From positions 186,001-250,000 of the forward strand of contig QPMI01000610.1 of the NCBI GenBank assembly GCA_004431415.1: a stretch of DNA of 64,000 bases. The letters are read 5' to 3'. The translations under genes were made by a program, and so were the position numbers. Below, one piece after another: positions 36,234 to 48,882 of the stretch. A model generated the notes under the pieces. The model saw only the letters and a program-made list of their open reading frames with translations. It was not told where the DNA came from and did no database searches. Source of the DNA: Cyanophora paradoxa CCMP329 (Eukaryota; Plantae; Glaucophyta). Every line of letters begins with the position of its first letter. Position 1 is the first letter of the stretch.

Positions 36234-39200
36234 CTAGCGCTGCATCGGGGGCTCGCGCGGGGCGGGGGCGGGGGCGGGGGCGGGGGCGGGGGCGGCGCAG
36301 ATGCGGGCGAAGGCGGCGCGGATGCGGAGGGCGTTGACGAGGACGGCGAGGGAGGAGAGGCTCATCGCCGCCGCCGCCGCCGGGGGCGCGAGCAGCACGC
36401 CGGCCCCCGGGAGCAGCGCGCCCGCCGCCAGCGGGATCCCCACCGCGTTGTACGCCAGCGCAAGCGCCAGGTTCCCCCGGATCTAATCGCTCAGCTCAGA
36501 TCTAGAAGGGCGGACTAGATCTAGATCTAGAGCGAGGGGCGGGCTGGGCCTGGATCGGGCGCACGGTGGCGAGGGTGGCGCGGGCGAGGAGGAGGGCCTG
36601 CGGGACGGCCTCCAGCTCGGGCCGCAGGAGCAGCACCTGCCCGTCCGAGCCGGAGGCAGGGGCCCGCAATTAGAGAGCAAGATCTCGAGCCGCCCGAAGA
36701 GATAGAGCCTGGGGCGAGAGGGGGGGGGGAAGCTCAAGGGGGGGGGGTACCTGGGAGGCGGCCGCCGCGAGGTCCGTCCCCGACCGCAGCGCCACCGCCA
36801 CGTCCGCCTGCGCGACGGGGGCTCAGGCGGGCGGCGCCGGCCGGGGTCGAGATCGCCCCGCCCCGCGCCGCGCCGCGCTGGCCTGGGCGAGGGCGGGCCC
36901 GTCGTTGACGCCGTCCCCCACGAACGCCACCGCCGCCCCGCCCGCCTGCGCGAGAGGCGAGCTCGAGCTCGGCGGAGAAGAAGGCCGGGCGAGGGCGGGG
37001 CCGGGCCGGGCGAGCCTGGAGGTCGCGGATGGCGGCGGCCTTGGCGGCGGGCTCGCCCCGCCCCGCACCTCCTCGGGGCGCAGGCCGACGCGGGCGCCCA
37101 GCGCGCGCGCCGCCGCCTCGCTGTCCCCGCTCAGCACCAGCAGGCGGAGGCCGGCCGCCCGCAGCCGGGCGAGGGCGGCGGCGGCGTCGGGGCGGGGCGG
37201 GTCGGAGAAGGCGAGCAGGCCCAGGGCCGCCCCGTCCGCCGCCACGAAGCAGACCGCCGAGCCGGCGGCCGCCGCCGCCCGCGCCGCCGCCTCGAGCGAC
37301 TCGTCCACCGGCACGCCCTCGGCCCGCAGCAGCTCGCGGCTCCCCACCTGCGCCCCCGATGAGGGAGCGGATCGGAGTCGAGGCGGGACAGGAGGCCATA
37401 GGCGCACGAGGACGCGCTGGGAGGCGCCGGTCGGCTCGTGCACGCGGGCAGCGACGCCGAGCCCCGCCGCCGCGCTCTCCGAGTCGGCGGCGAGGGGCGC
37501 CAGGCCGGCCGCCCGCGCTGCCTCCACCACCGCCCGGCCTGCCCGCCCCGGGCCTGAGCGCCGACTCCGCCCGCGCTCTGGAGAGGGGCGGGCACCGAGC
37601 GGGTGGAGGGAGGCGGCCTCGGTGGAGGCGGCGAGCTGCAGGAGGCGCCGGCGGTCGGCCCCCGGCGCGGGGAGGGCCTGGGTCAGCTCGGGGCGCCCCA
37701 GGGTGAGGGTCCCCGTCTTGTCGAAGACCACCATGCTCACGCCGGCCAGGCTCTCCAGCACTGCGTCCAAGGTCGAGGCGGGGCGGCGGGCGCAGCAGGA
37801 GAGGCGGCGGCACCGTCGCCGCCGCGGAAGATGATCTGCCGGCGGGCCGCCTCCGCCGTCGCGACGAGCAGCGCCGCCGGCGTTGCTGCCGGGTGTGAAG
37901 GTGAGAGGAGAGAGGCGAGGGGTGAGGCGAGCTGAAGTGGGCGGGGTCGGACCGAGGCCGAGGGCGCAGGGGCAGGCGACGACGAGCACGCCGGCCGCGA
38001 TCCGCAGCGCCGCCACCAGCGCTGCACACCCGCGTCGAAACTCGGGAGGGGCGGGGCCTGCCGGGGCGGCGCACGGTACGGCTCGAAGAAGGCGGGGGCG
38101 AGGGCGGGGCCGCGGGCGGCCCAGAAGGCGAAGGCGGCGGCGGCGACGGAGAGGACGGCCAGCGTGAAGGGGGCCACCACCCGGTCCGCCTGCGCGCGAG
38201 TGAGCCCTCGCCCGCCGGAGCCGGCGCCGGGGGCCGCACGAGGCGCTGGACGGCGGCCTTGCGGGCCTGCGCGGCGCGGACGAGGGCGACGAGCTGCGCG
38301 AGGGCGCTCCCCTCGGCCCGCGCCGTCGTGCGCACGACCAGCGGGCGCCGGAGGCGAGGAGGGCGGCGGGGGCGGAGACGGGGTCGCCGGGGCGCCTGGG
38401 GACGGGGAGCGGCTCGCCGGTGAGGTGGCTCTCGTCCAGCAGGCCCTCCCCGGCCTCCACCACCCCGTCCAGCGGCACCTGCCCCGCGTACGGCCCGCCC
38501 GCTCCCGTCAGCCCTGCCCCAGGCGCGCGCCCGTCTGAGATCGAGGCTCGCCTGCTCTCCCGGGAGCACTTTGATGAAGGCGCCCACGGGGACGCTCTGC
38601 GCCCCGACGACCGCCTGCCGCCACGCAAGAGGCTCAGCGGGCGGGGCGGGGCGGCGGGGGCGGGTGGCGGGCGGGCCTCGTCGGCGCCGGCGAAGCGGGA
38701 GGGGGCGCCGGGGCGGGGCCGGAGGAGGCGGGCGGTGCGGGGGACGACGGCGGAGAGGGCGTGGAAGGCGGCGGCGGCCTCGCGGCGGGCGCGGGCCTCG
38801 AGGGCGCGCCCCGCGAGCAGCACGGAGAGGAGCATGACGGGCTCGTGGAAGAAGTGCTGCTCCGGCACCCCCGCCGCCACCGCCGCCCCGCTGCGCACGC
38901 GGGCCGTGAGCCGAGTGAACGCTTGTCGTGGCACCTGAGAATCGCTCCAAGTTTCATTGGGAGGCGCCCATGAAAATCCAGTCACCTGCCGAGGAGGGCG
39001 GCGAGGACGCCCGAGGCGACGAGGGAGTCCATGGTGACGACGCCCCGCGCGAAGCCGGCGAGCCCGCCCAGCACGATCTCCCGCCCGTTCCACACCGCAC
39101 CCGCCGCCACCCCCGCCTGCGCCCCCGGCGAGCCTGAGCTGAGGCGAGGGAGCCTGGCCCGCCCCGCGGCCGAGGGCGGGTCCACCTGGAAGAGGGGCGA

Positions 39201-40085
39201 GTGGAGGGGCGCGAGGGCCTCGGCGGCGGTGCCGCCGAGCAGGTGGCCCGCGTGGGGCGCCCCCGCCAGCGCGAAGAGGGCGGCCGCCGCCGCGAGCTGG
39301 AGGAAGGAGGCGCCCCCCTCCTCGCCGCCGGGGGCCGCCTCCTCCCCGCCCTGCAGCACCCGGCAGCCGAACCCCAGGCGCTCCACCGCTGCGAGAGAGC
39401 ACAGGGTCGATCAGGAGAGCTGCGGAATTCGACTCCGAATCCGAACTCGAACCTCGGACGGCCTCCTCGGGGGTCGCGCCGCCGCCCGCTGCGACGGAGA
39501 CGGCAGCCTCCGACGTGGGGAGGCTCACCTGCGCGCGCGGCCGCGCCGTCAAACGGATGCGGCCTCGGGAGGCAGCCAGGTGCAGGGCCGGCGCAGCGCA
39601 GGGGTCACCGCGGCGCTCAGGACTCCCGGGAGGGCCAGGAGCTCCCGCTCCACTTTGGAAGAGCACCCGGCGCACCGCATGCCCTGTACGGCGAGCCGCC
39701 ACGTCTGCGAGGTCGCCGCCGGCTGCGGCGCGGCTGTCGATGCAGCCCCGCCGGCGCCGGCGCCAGTCATCCCGGCCGCGTCCGGGGCCTCCGATCGCGG
39801 CGAGCAGATTAGAAACCGTCGATTCGCAATCTTGTCGGCTGGTCGATTGCATCGCCTTATCTGTAGAGCCTCGCCGGCGCTCGGGCGCCGGATGGCGTCG
39901 TCCCGGCGTCGGCGTGCCACGTTCGCGCCGGGGACGGCTCTGCACACGCTCCGTGCACCGTCCCCGATCCACGCACGTAAAGCCGGCGCCCGCGCGTACG
40001 CGGACCTGCAGCGGAGCGCGCCGCCAACGAAGGCGCCTCCACCCGCCAGCGGCACCCCCGCCAGGAGGGCAGTGTTGCGGCGCAT
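36234..40085 (-). CDS. P1B-1 copper-transporting ATPase with a transit-peptide-like N-terminus (PAA1/PAA2-like)
   Basis: HMA GMRCAGC, DESHLTGE, ACPCALGL, FDKTGTLT, HP motif, GDGVNDGPALAQAD, YNAVGIP, MSLSS. Confidence 0.93.
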
Positions 40086-40569
40086 CCTCCTGCGTGCAGT
40101 CCGCGACCCTGCAGATAGCCGGCTGAGCAGGTTGCCTGGGTACGCGGTTTTCGATCGAAAACTCGGCCGAAGGTAAACTTTGACCGAATACTCACTACGA
40201 GTCACTAGAACACACCCTCCGCCGTTATGCCTCCTCAAGCGCCCGTGTCGGGCGCAGCCCGCCGCGGAGCACCGGCGCGGGACGCAGCTGGACGCACAGC
40301 CGCTAGCTACACCCCCCGGGAGTATCAAATCGCCCAAAGTCGCGCCGCCGCGATCGCGGGTGCGGGCCCCGCCGACGCTCCCGATGTTCGAATGACACGC
40401 TGCAGGCCGCGAGCGCGGCAGGCAGCATGCACGTGAGGCCTCGGCGGCGGTGATACGAGCGGTTAGCCTCGCGCTCACCTAGCCCGCGCGCGCTCATGTG
40501 CACGCTCGTACGCAGCGAGCCGCGTTTCGGCTGAAATCTCAGGGGAAGTCGGCGGCCGCGGGGGCGGCG

Positions 40570-43500
40570 ATGGCGCTGCAGGCGGCCGGGCCGTTCGAGG
40601 GCTTCGAGGAGGAGGCGGCGGAGCCGGACGCGATCCTGCCGCTGCAGCGCATGCCGGGCGGGGCGCGGGAGCGGCTGGAGGAGCTCGTGCCGAACCTCCC
40701 GCGCGCCCGCGTGCTCGTCTTCATCGACCACGACAACTGCCAGAACGCGCTCCCCGCCCTCCTCGACGCCGGCTCCGCCCTGCAGGCCCGCCCGCGCGCC
40801 CGCCCCGCGCCCCGCCGCGCCCCCACTGACGACGCCCCGCTTGCAGCCTGGGAAGGCCTTCGTCCTAGCATTCCACGGGCCCGACGTGCCCACGCGCCGC
40901 CTCCTGCAGCAGGCGCGCCTCCCGTACCCCGGACCTCGGCGCCCGCCCGCATCCGCGCCCGGGCCCCGGCTGAACCCCCGGCGGCGCAGCTGAACAACAA
41001 GGGGTCGGTGCGGGAGGTGCAGTCGCGCACGGGGGGCAAGAACGCCGCCGACGTCGCGCTGACCTTCCACGCCGCCGGCCTCCACGTCCTCATGCCGTGC
41101 GCCCGATGCGGCGCCCCCGGCCGCCCCCGCCGCCCCCGCCCGCCCACCGCCCCCGCGCTTCGTGCGCAGGCCGGAGGCGGCGTTCCTGATCGTGTCGGGG
41201 GACAAGGCCTACGCCGAGCTCGCCCAGCAGCTCACCGCCGCCGGCCGCCGCGCCGACTGCCTCAACGCCCAGCAGGCCCGCCCCGCCCCGCCCCCCGCCG
41301 TCTCTTCTTCCTCCTCCTCTGATTGGCCCGGGCCTCCAGACGCACCTGGGGCGGTACCTGTACCCCTACCTGCGGGCGGTGGAGAAGGGGCTGCCGATGC
41401 TGGAGGGCCGCGCGGGGGGCCCCGAGGAGGAGGCCGCCAGCGGCGCCATCTTCCAGCGCGCCATGGACAAGGCGCGTGCCCCTTTCGAGAATTGGGGTAC
41501 CCCCGCTGATTCATCCCCCGTGCAGGTCCGGGAGCGGCTCGGGCGGGAGGCGCCCTCGCACAAGGACAAGCTCATCAACATGGCGCGCACGTACCCCTGG
41601 CCGGCCGCCCCCGCGGGCGCTCACCTTCTGCCCCGCAGATCAAGTTCACGCTGACGCGCGACGAGCGCATCGTCGTGCCCCCTCGCCTCGTCCTCCACGA
41701 GCTCGTCGAGGTACCCCTTCCCCCCCGGCCGGCCCCCCCCCCCCCCCTCCTCCCCCCCGGCTCACTCCCCTGGCACCGCGCAGAGCGGGGACGTGCGGTT
41801 CGGGGAGGACGAGTCGGCGGAGTACCTGAGGCCCTGGGCCCGCGGCTTCCCCCGCCCCCCCTCGCCCCCGTCCTCGCCCCCGCCCCTGCCCCTCGCCCGC
41901 ACCCACGAGGAGGAGCGCCCGATCGGCGCCGCCCCGGAGTCCTTCGGGAGGCGCCCGCAGCCCTTCTCGCCGTACGCCTCCTCCGCCTCCCCCGCCTCTG
42001 CCGCCCCGCGGCATCCCTACCCCGCCTCCCTCGCGTCATCCTCCTCCGCGCCCTCGTCCGCCCCGCCCCTCTCGGACCCCTCCGCCTCCTCCTCCTCCGC
42101 CGCCTCCGCCTCCGCGTTCTCGTCCGCGCCCTCCGGCCCCGCCCTCTTCATCGGCCGCGTGCGGATCGCGTCCCCGTCCCCGCCCCCGCCCCCGCCTCCG
42201 TATCCGCCCTCGGCGCCGCCGGAGCGGCCGGTGCCCACGGGAGTGGAGCTGGAGGCGATGGTGGACGCGGCGGCGGAGCGGCTGCGGTCGCTGCAGGCGG
42301 AGGGCCGGCTGCTGCCGCCGAAGCGGCGGGACAAGGCGGAGAACTTCGTGCAGAACGCGCTGGGGGCGCGGCTGCACGCGTACGCGCTGCGCCCCACCGT
42401 CGACGCCGTCGTCGGCGCCCTCGTCCGCCGCGGCCTCCTCTCCCTCGGGCCCGGGCCCGGCCCCTTCTCCTCCGCCTCCTCCTTGGAGCAGCACTCGAGC
42501 CCCGCCCCGTCCCCGGCGCCGGCGCCGGCGGCGAGGAAGGAGGCGCCGCCCGCCTCCGCCTCGGCGGCCGGCCTCTCGGAGGCGGTGGCTGCGGTGACGG
42601 GCCGCCTGCGCGCCCAGAGCGAGGAGGGCAAGCTCCTGCCCCCGCGCCGCCGCGATAAGGTCCGAGCGATTCGATCCGATCGGACCCGACCTGACGATCC
42701 GACGCGGGCTGACGGGGCGGCAGCTGGTGAACTTCGCGCTGAACGCGCTGGGGCAGGGCGAGGAGGCGCGGCCCTTCGCCGCTGCGGTGGTGGAGGAGAT
42801 GGCCCGCCGCGGCATCCTCCTCCTCGAGGGCCACGCCGTCTCCTACCCCCCCAACTCCCCCGTCCACCCCCCGCCCCTCCCCCTCCCCGCCCAGCCCCGG
42901 CCCCCCGCCCCGTCCCCCGCCCCGCCCTACGGCGGCGGCTTCTGCGCCCCTCCGCCGCCCTCCGCCGTGCCCCTCTGGAGGGACCAGCAGCCGGGCCCGG
43001 CGCCGCCCGCGCCCCTTCCCCCCTCCCACCCCACGTACCCCCCTTCCAAGCCGCCCTCCTACCCCGCGGCCTTTTTCCCGGAGGCCGCTTCCCGCCTGCT
43101 CGAGCCCCCGGCGTCCCCGGCGCCGCCCGCGGGCGCCCACGAGCCGCCCAAGTCCCAGCTCCCCACCGCCGCCGCCCAGTCCTACTACGTCCCCGTCCCC
43201 GTCGCCAGCGCCGCCGCCTCCACGTTCGGGGGCCTCGAGCCGCCTCCCCACAGCGGGCCCGTCGGCGGGCCGCCCGCTTGGTGCGCCGGCGCCCTCGCTG
43301 CGCCCGTCCCGCCCGTTCCGACGTGCCCGCGGGCGCAGGGCGGCGCCGAAGCAGGGGCCGACGCTCGGCGACTTCGCGAAGGGGCCAGGGCCAAAGGCGG
43401 CAGCGGGGGCGGGCGCGGGGGCCGCCGTGGACGAGAAGCACGCCAAGGCGGAGCTGCACGAGCAGCTGCAGAAGCGCGGCGCCAACCCGCCCTCCTACCG

Positions 43501-43899
43501 CCTCACCGCCGACGAGGGTGAGCCCGCGCGCGCGCCCCGCCTGTCCGATGCACCGCTTGCTGAGCGACAATGGCGCAGGTCCGCCCCACGCGCGCGTGTT
43601 CACCGTCGAGTGCTACATCGACGGGGCGGTGCGCCGCCGCGCCGCTTCTCCCGCTCCGCCCGAGTGAGCCCGAGCCTGACGCCGCGCAGCTGCGGGGAAT
43701 AGGGAAAGGCCCTTCGAAGAACCACGCAGAGCGGGCCGCCGCCGCCGACGCCCTCGCAAAGCTATCAGGCGGTGGTGGCGGTGGCGTCGGCGGCGCCGCC
43801 GTGCCGCTGCCGTACGGCTCGGAGAAGCTCGTCCCGAGGTCCCCGGCGGAGGGGCAGGATTTTCAGTCGGCGTACTCCATGCCCTTCTCGGCGCGGTAG
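40570..43899 (+). CDS. PIN/NYN-like nuclease + three winged-helix-like repeats + C-terminal dsRNA-binding domain, 12 exons
   Basis: VFIDHDNC...FVLAFHG...GKNAADVALTFHAA.LHVLMP...FLIVSGDKAYAEL (PIN). Three repeats of P-x-[HKR]-x-x-D-K-[LA]-x-N...V-x-x-[LM]-x-x-x-G. dsRBD AKAELHEQLQKRG.NPPSY...GPPHARVFTVEC...GKGPSKNHAERAAAADAL. Confidence 0.85.
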
Positions 43900-45060
43900 C
43901 CGCGCCCAAGCGGGCCCCGCGGGGCACGCACCCGTCGCGTCCCCCACGGTCCTCATCGAGAAAGGCGACGATTTGCATAATTTTGACCGAGGCGGATTTA
44001 TTCCCTCGGTCAAAATTATGCGAATCGGGCCGCCAACTCGCTCGGCTTCTTCGACTAACAAGTACAAATCGAAAATGGCGCCTCCATTTTGGATTTGTAC
44101 TTGTTAGTTGGAGAGGCGCGAGTTGGCTGCTCCCTCGATGGGGAGCGTGCGGGGCGCGGCGGGCCGCGCCCGCCCCCGGCCCGCGGCATCGAGTACGCGG
44201 AATTCCTCCTCCTCCTCCTCCTCCGTATCCTCCCCCCTTCTTCCAGATCCTCCCCTTCTCCGGGTCCTCATCCGCCGCCGCTGCCGCGCGGCACCAGCGG
44301 AGCGTTGCGCCGACTCGCGCTTCTCGGGTTCATCTGTCAGCTTTTCGGGTTTCCCGCCCTAGGCCTCCATCCGCTTCTGGTCCCCCGCCCTCCGGCCTCT
44401 CCGGTTCGACGCCTCCCCGTTTCGACGCCTACAGATTCCCGGTCCCCCGTCCTCCTTCGCCGCGCCACCGCTCGCCTCGCGGGGAGGTCGCTCGGAGGCC
44501 GGCCCGGGGGAGCTCGAGGTCGACGTTGCAGCCCCGGCCCGATCAGTCCGCGATCGCAGGGGCCGGGGGACGCGTCGCGCCTCGCAGCGCCCTCGCCGCT
44601 TCAGGAACCGTTGCAAGGCTCGTCGAGCTCCCGGAGCTGTCTTGCCGGTACCCCCGTGCACGACAGCGACGAGGGGCGTTCCGCGAGTCCCAACTATAGC
44701 CACCGCTATAGCTACTTGCAACTGTTCCTGAAGTGGCAATGATGCTTAGAGATGTGTTTTTGTCCTTTCTTTCACTTTCGATTGTATACTGAGATGAGGT
44801 CCGTGTCGCATCGTTGATCGATGTTTCAAAGGAGCGGTTATTTGTACGTTTACGTAGCCATGTATAGCCTAGTAGCCTACAGTAGGATCAGGATGTCTCA
44901 GGGAGAAGCTTTTGCGCAAATCGGCAATGTGAGCGCTAGCGCTAGCATTTGCAAATAATTGGGGAAGGACCTCCTTCCCCTTCCCCCACTTGGGGGTGCT
45001 CGGGTGCCCACCCTAAGCCAAAATGAAATGTCCCGACCTTTCAAAACCCGGGTTTTCTCG

Positions 45061-45143
45061 CCGGATCCTGGCAAGGCATGACCCTAGAAGACCGGAAACG
45101 TGTTCCGGGAGATCCGGGTCTTCTTAGGTGGACCAGGAATCGG
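45061..45143. repeat. Imperfect inverted repeat (foldback)
   Basis: CCTAGAAGACCGGA (45083-45096) pairs imperfectly with TCCGGGTCTTCTTAGG (45113-45128); outer CCTGG/CCAGG arms. Confidence 0.5.
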
Positions 45144-45699
45144 CAATAACACGTTTTCAAAAAATACGATCTAGCGCCTCACCAAATGGCGGTATATCTA
45201 CCGGACCAAGTGCGCCTGAATGCGCCTAATACGCCCGACGATTCATGTCATACATTCCGAGACCGTAGAGGCACAGGGTGGCCCGCTAGGCCGCCTCAAG
45301 TACCTGTTGTACCGAGCGCCGAAAAAAAGCGCTCCTGAGAGTTTTCAGCCGATCGAGACTCGAGCAGGGGGGAATGGATGCCGATATCGTGTTGCAGTAC
45401 CCGGCAGGCTAGCCGACTAGCTAGCTGAGCTCCGGCTAGCTGCGCATGCCTTGCAATGCGGCAACAGCTCATCAAGCACTTCGGAACGTGAAAGAGTGCA
45501 GGAAGAAGACGCCCGCTACGCCGCCTGCCCCGCGCCTGCCGTCCGCAGATGCTGCCCCGCGCCTGCTGTCCGAAGATCTAGATGCGACAGTCTTGCGCCG
45601 AAAGGTGCGCTCGCGCGCCGCCCGGCAATCTCGCGCCGGGCGCGCACAGAAGCCGACGCGTGTCGTCGAACAGCTCCTCTTGCGCAAGGTCCTCTCTGC

Positions 45700-46285
45700 G
45701 CGGCGGCGCGGCTCGTCGGGCGGGGCGGAGGCGCGGCGGGCGGCGGCGCGGTCGCCGGGCGGGGCGGAGGCGCTGCGGGCGGCGGCGCGGCGCGCCGCAC
45801 GGGGAGCAGGCGCGGCGGGCGGCTGCGCGGCGTGCCGGGCGGGGCGGAGGCGCGGCGGGCGGCGGCGGGGCTCGCCGGCCGCGGGCGGGGCGGAGGCGCG
45901 GCGGCCGGCGGGCGGCGGCGCGGCTCCGAGGCTCGCCGGGCGGGGCGGAGGCGCGGCGGCCGGCGGCGGGGCTCGCCGGGCGGGGCGGAGGCGCGGCGGG
46001 CGGCGGCGCGGCTCGCCGGGCAAGGCGGAGGCGTGGCGGGCGGCGGCGCGGCTCGCCGGGCGGTGCGGAGGCGCGGCGGGCGGCGGCGCGGCTCGCCGAT
46101 CGGGGCGGAGGCGCGGCGGGCGGCGGCGCGGCTCGCCGATCGGGCGGAGGCGCGGCGGGCGGCCGCGCGGCGCGCCGGGCGGCGGCGGGGCTCGCCGGGC
46201 GGGCGGAGGCCGGCGCGCGGCGGCGCGGCTCGCCGGGCGGGACGGCGGCGCGGCTCGCCGGGCGGGGCGGAGGCGCGGCGGGAGG
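45700..46285. repeat. GC-rich minisatellite, about 40-bp unit, roughly 12-14 degenerate copies
   Basis: Consensus GGGCGGGGCGGAGGCGCGGCGGGCGGCGGCGCGGCTCGCC, repeated in tandem. Confidence 0.9.
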
Positions 46286-46986
46286 CACGTCTACGCCTAA
46301 CGAGCATTAGCTGCAGTCTGCAGATGCTGTTTTTGTTGCATTAGGCCACATGGCCACCTCGCACATCCCAAGACGCCGTGACGAGCAGGCCTAGGGGGCG
46401 GCGGCGAGTCGAGTCAGCACTATCTCTATCTCGGCTAACCGTTGAACCTGACCTTTCCTACTCAACCGTTAGAGGTCCTTCCCCTCCAACAGGGCCACTG
46501 CGACAGCAGTGTCCCTGTTCCGTTCATATTGTGCACGTAAGCACTGAATTTCGAAGGATACACATTAGCCTGAGTTAAGCAACGGAGCAGAGTCTTGGCC
46601 ATGCATATGGGGCCCGGGGTCGACGTCTGATATCGATATCGATATTTCCAATTACGAACCTCGGAAACGTTAACGCGCCGCTAATGATCGAGATCAGCGG
46701 CTGATTCAGTACTAGTGAGCCTTGCAGCATATCCGCGCCGCGATAGCAATAAGATAGAAAATACGATAGCAGAATACCAACAATATTGTATTTCTATACT
46801 GTGAACACACCGAGAATAAATAGCTGAGCGGGGTAACTTCGCAACTTGGCGACGGAGCGAGGGTACCGGTGGGTGCGAGGGCGGGGCCTCGGGCCGAGGG
46901 AGGAAGGTCCGGGGAAGGACGCGGAGGGCCCGGGTGCAGGCTGCCGCGAGCCGAAGGCGGGGCGGGGGCGCCGCCCGGGGCTATAG

Positions 46987-48345
46987 CTAGTCCGGGAGGA
47001 GGTGCATGAGGGCGACGTTCTGGCGCGGCTGCCCCGCGAGGAACGGCTCCCGGCAGGTCGGGCACAGCCGCGGCGCCACCCGCCCCACGCACCCACCGCA
47101 CAGCGTGTGCCTGCCCCCCCGCCCCAGGGTCGCGATCGGCCTCCGGTCGAAGCTCGAGGGCGTGGGGCGCACCCGCAGGGGAGGCTCTGGGCGATGCGGC
47201 GCTGCGCGCGGCTGTACCCCTCCATGCAGATGGGGCCTGCAGGCCACCGATCAGGCCGCGGGCGGGCGGGGCGGGGCAGGGCGGGGTAACGGCGCACATG
47301 AGAGGGACTCCTCGGGTACCGCGATTGTCCCGCTGGCCGCGGGCGGCGCCGAACTCGTACCCGCTCCCGGCCGGGCGGGACCGGGCGGTCCCGGGGTCCC
47401 CGGCGCGACGATCGGCGGAAGCGTGCGCGGGGCGGGCCTGGGTACGTGGTTCGGGTTCACCGCGGGGGGACGCGCCCCCTCGAAGTAGGGGGGAGGGGGG
47501 AAGCCGAAGGGGGACGAGACGGCCAGCGGGGCGCTGGGCGGGGGGGAGGGGGCCGGAAGCAGGGGGAAGGTGCAGGCCGGAGGGGCGGCAGGGGTGCCGG
47601 CGCGGTGCGGGGGGGAGGGTGTATGGGGGGAGGGCCGCGACGGGAGGGGCGGAGGGACCGGAGCCGGAGGCGAGGCAGGGGGAGGGAGGCGGACCTCGGG
47701 GGAGACCGCGCCCCGGGCGGAGGGCGCCGGCGGCGGGGGCGGCGGGCTTGAGCTCGAAGCCGCAGCCGAGGCGGGGGCGGGGCCGGCGGGGCGGACGGGC
47801 TTGCGGCGGCGGGCGAGGCGGGCGAGGGCGACGAGGAGGACGATGACGGCAGCGCCGGTGAGGCCGCCCCACGCGGCGACGACGTACGGCTGCGCGAGGA
47901 AAGCGACGGAGGCCCCGATGTAGAGGTGCGCACCCAGCGGCACCGGCAGCAGCGGCCGCTCCGCCTCCCCGCCGGCCCCAGCGCCCCCCGCCCCCGCAGG
48001 CGGGGCCTCTCTCAGGCCTCTGCGTCCCCCGGAGCCCCGGTCGGCGGGCGCCCCGCCGCCGCCGACCGCGCGGGTGCTGTCGCCGTCGCCTGCAGCTGCT
48101 GAACTCGAAGCAGCTTCGACGGCGGCGCCGGCGGCGAAGAACAAGGCTGCTACGGCGAGCAGCAGGATGCGCCTTGCTCGCCCTCGCCCACGCCCAGGCC
48201 TTCGGCCCGGGCCGCGCGCCGGCCGCGAACACGGGTCCGATGCTGCATCTGGAGGCTGGGCGCTACAGCTGCAGCCGGCGCCGCGCGATGTATCGCAGGG
48301 CTGCCGCTGTTCTGTGTCGCGCGCGGCCCGCGCGCTGAGAGCCAT
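46987..48345 (-). CDS. Membrane-anchored RING-HC E3 ubiquitin ligase (start uncertain)
   Basis: Hydrophobic segments ILLLAVAALFFAAGAAV, LYIGASVAFLAQPYVV, WGGLTGAAVIVLLVALARLARRRK; Pro-rich linker; spliced C3HC4 CPICMEGY...LPCGHTLCGGC...CPTCR...NVAL. Confidence 0.85.
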
Positions 48346-48882
48346 CCGCGATGCTAGCGGGGCATGACGTTCGAAACCCCGCGACCAGCTGCCAGCGCCC
48401 GAACCCCGAGCGACGAGTAGCAGCGGGAGCTGCTGATTCCGAGCGCGGGTCCGCCTCTGCCCCAAGCCGCCACCTGCGCCAAGCTCAGCTAGCCCCCGCA
48501 ACGGCTCGGGATCAGAGCATCGTTAGCTGAGAGCTGTACCGGTCTTGCAGGTCGCGCGGTCAGGCCGCGAGACTCCGGAAGTGAAGTCGGAAGTCAGGTC
48601 TGCCGGGTACAGCTCATAAGGGCTTCGTGGGCGGGCAGGCAATTCGAAGAAGGCGGTGAATCGAAGCACCGGTGGAGCACTCGCGGCGTCCGGGTGCGTG
48701 GTCTCCTCGCCCATCACGCCCAGGTCAGATCAATTCTTGCGTCGCGGCTGAGTCACCGGACCTGCAGCGAGCGACCGGCGAGCGCGGACGCAAGGCCGTG
48801 ATACATCGGATTCGGTCGCGAAGGTTTGAGCCGCGTACACATTCGCTCGCACGTCGACTGTTTTCAAACTTGGCGCGCAGAC

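Noticed and set aside
44100-44740. Possible minus-strand gene with an acidic run (EDTEEEEEEEF)
   Set aside because: Frames are interrupted by stops, no consistent splice model and no recognisable domain; at most a remnant.
45446-46344. ORFs of 180-300 aa in several frames
   Set aside because: Produced by the stop-free minisatellite.
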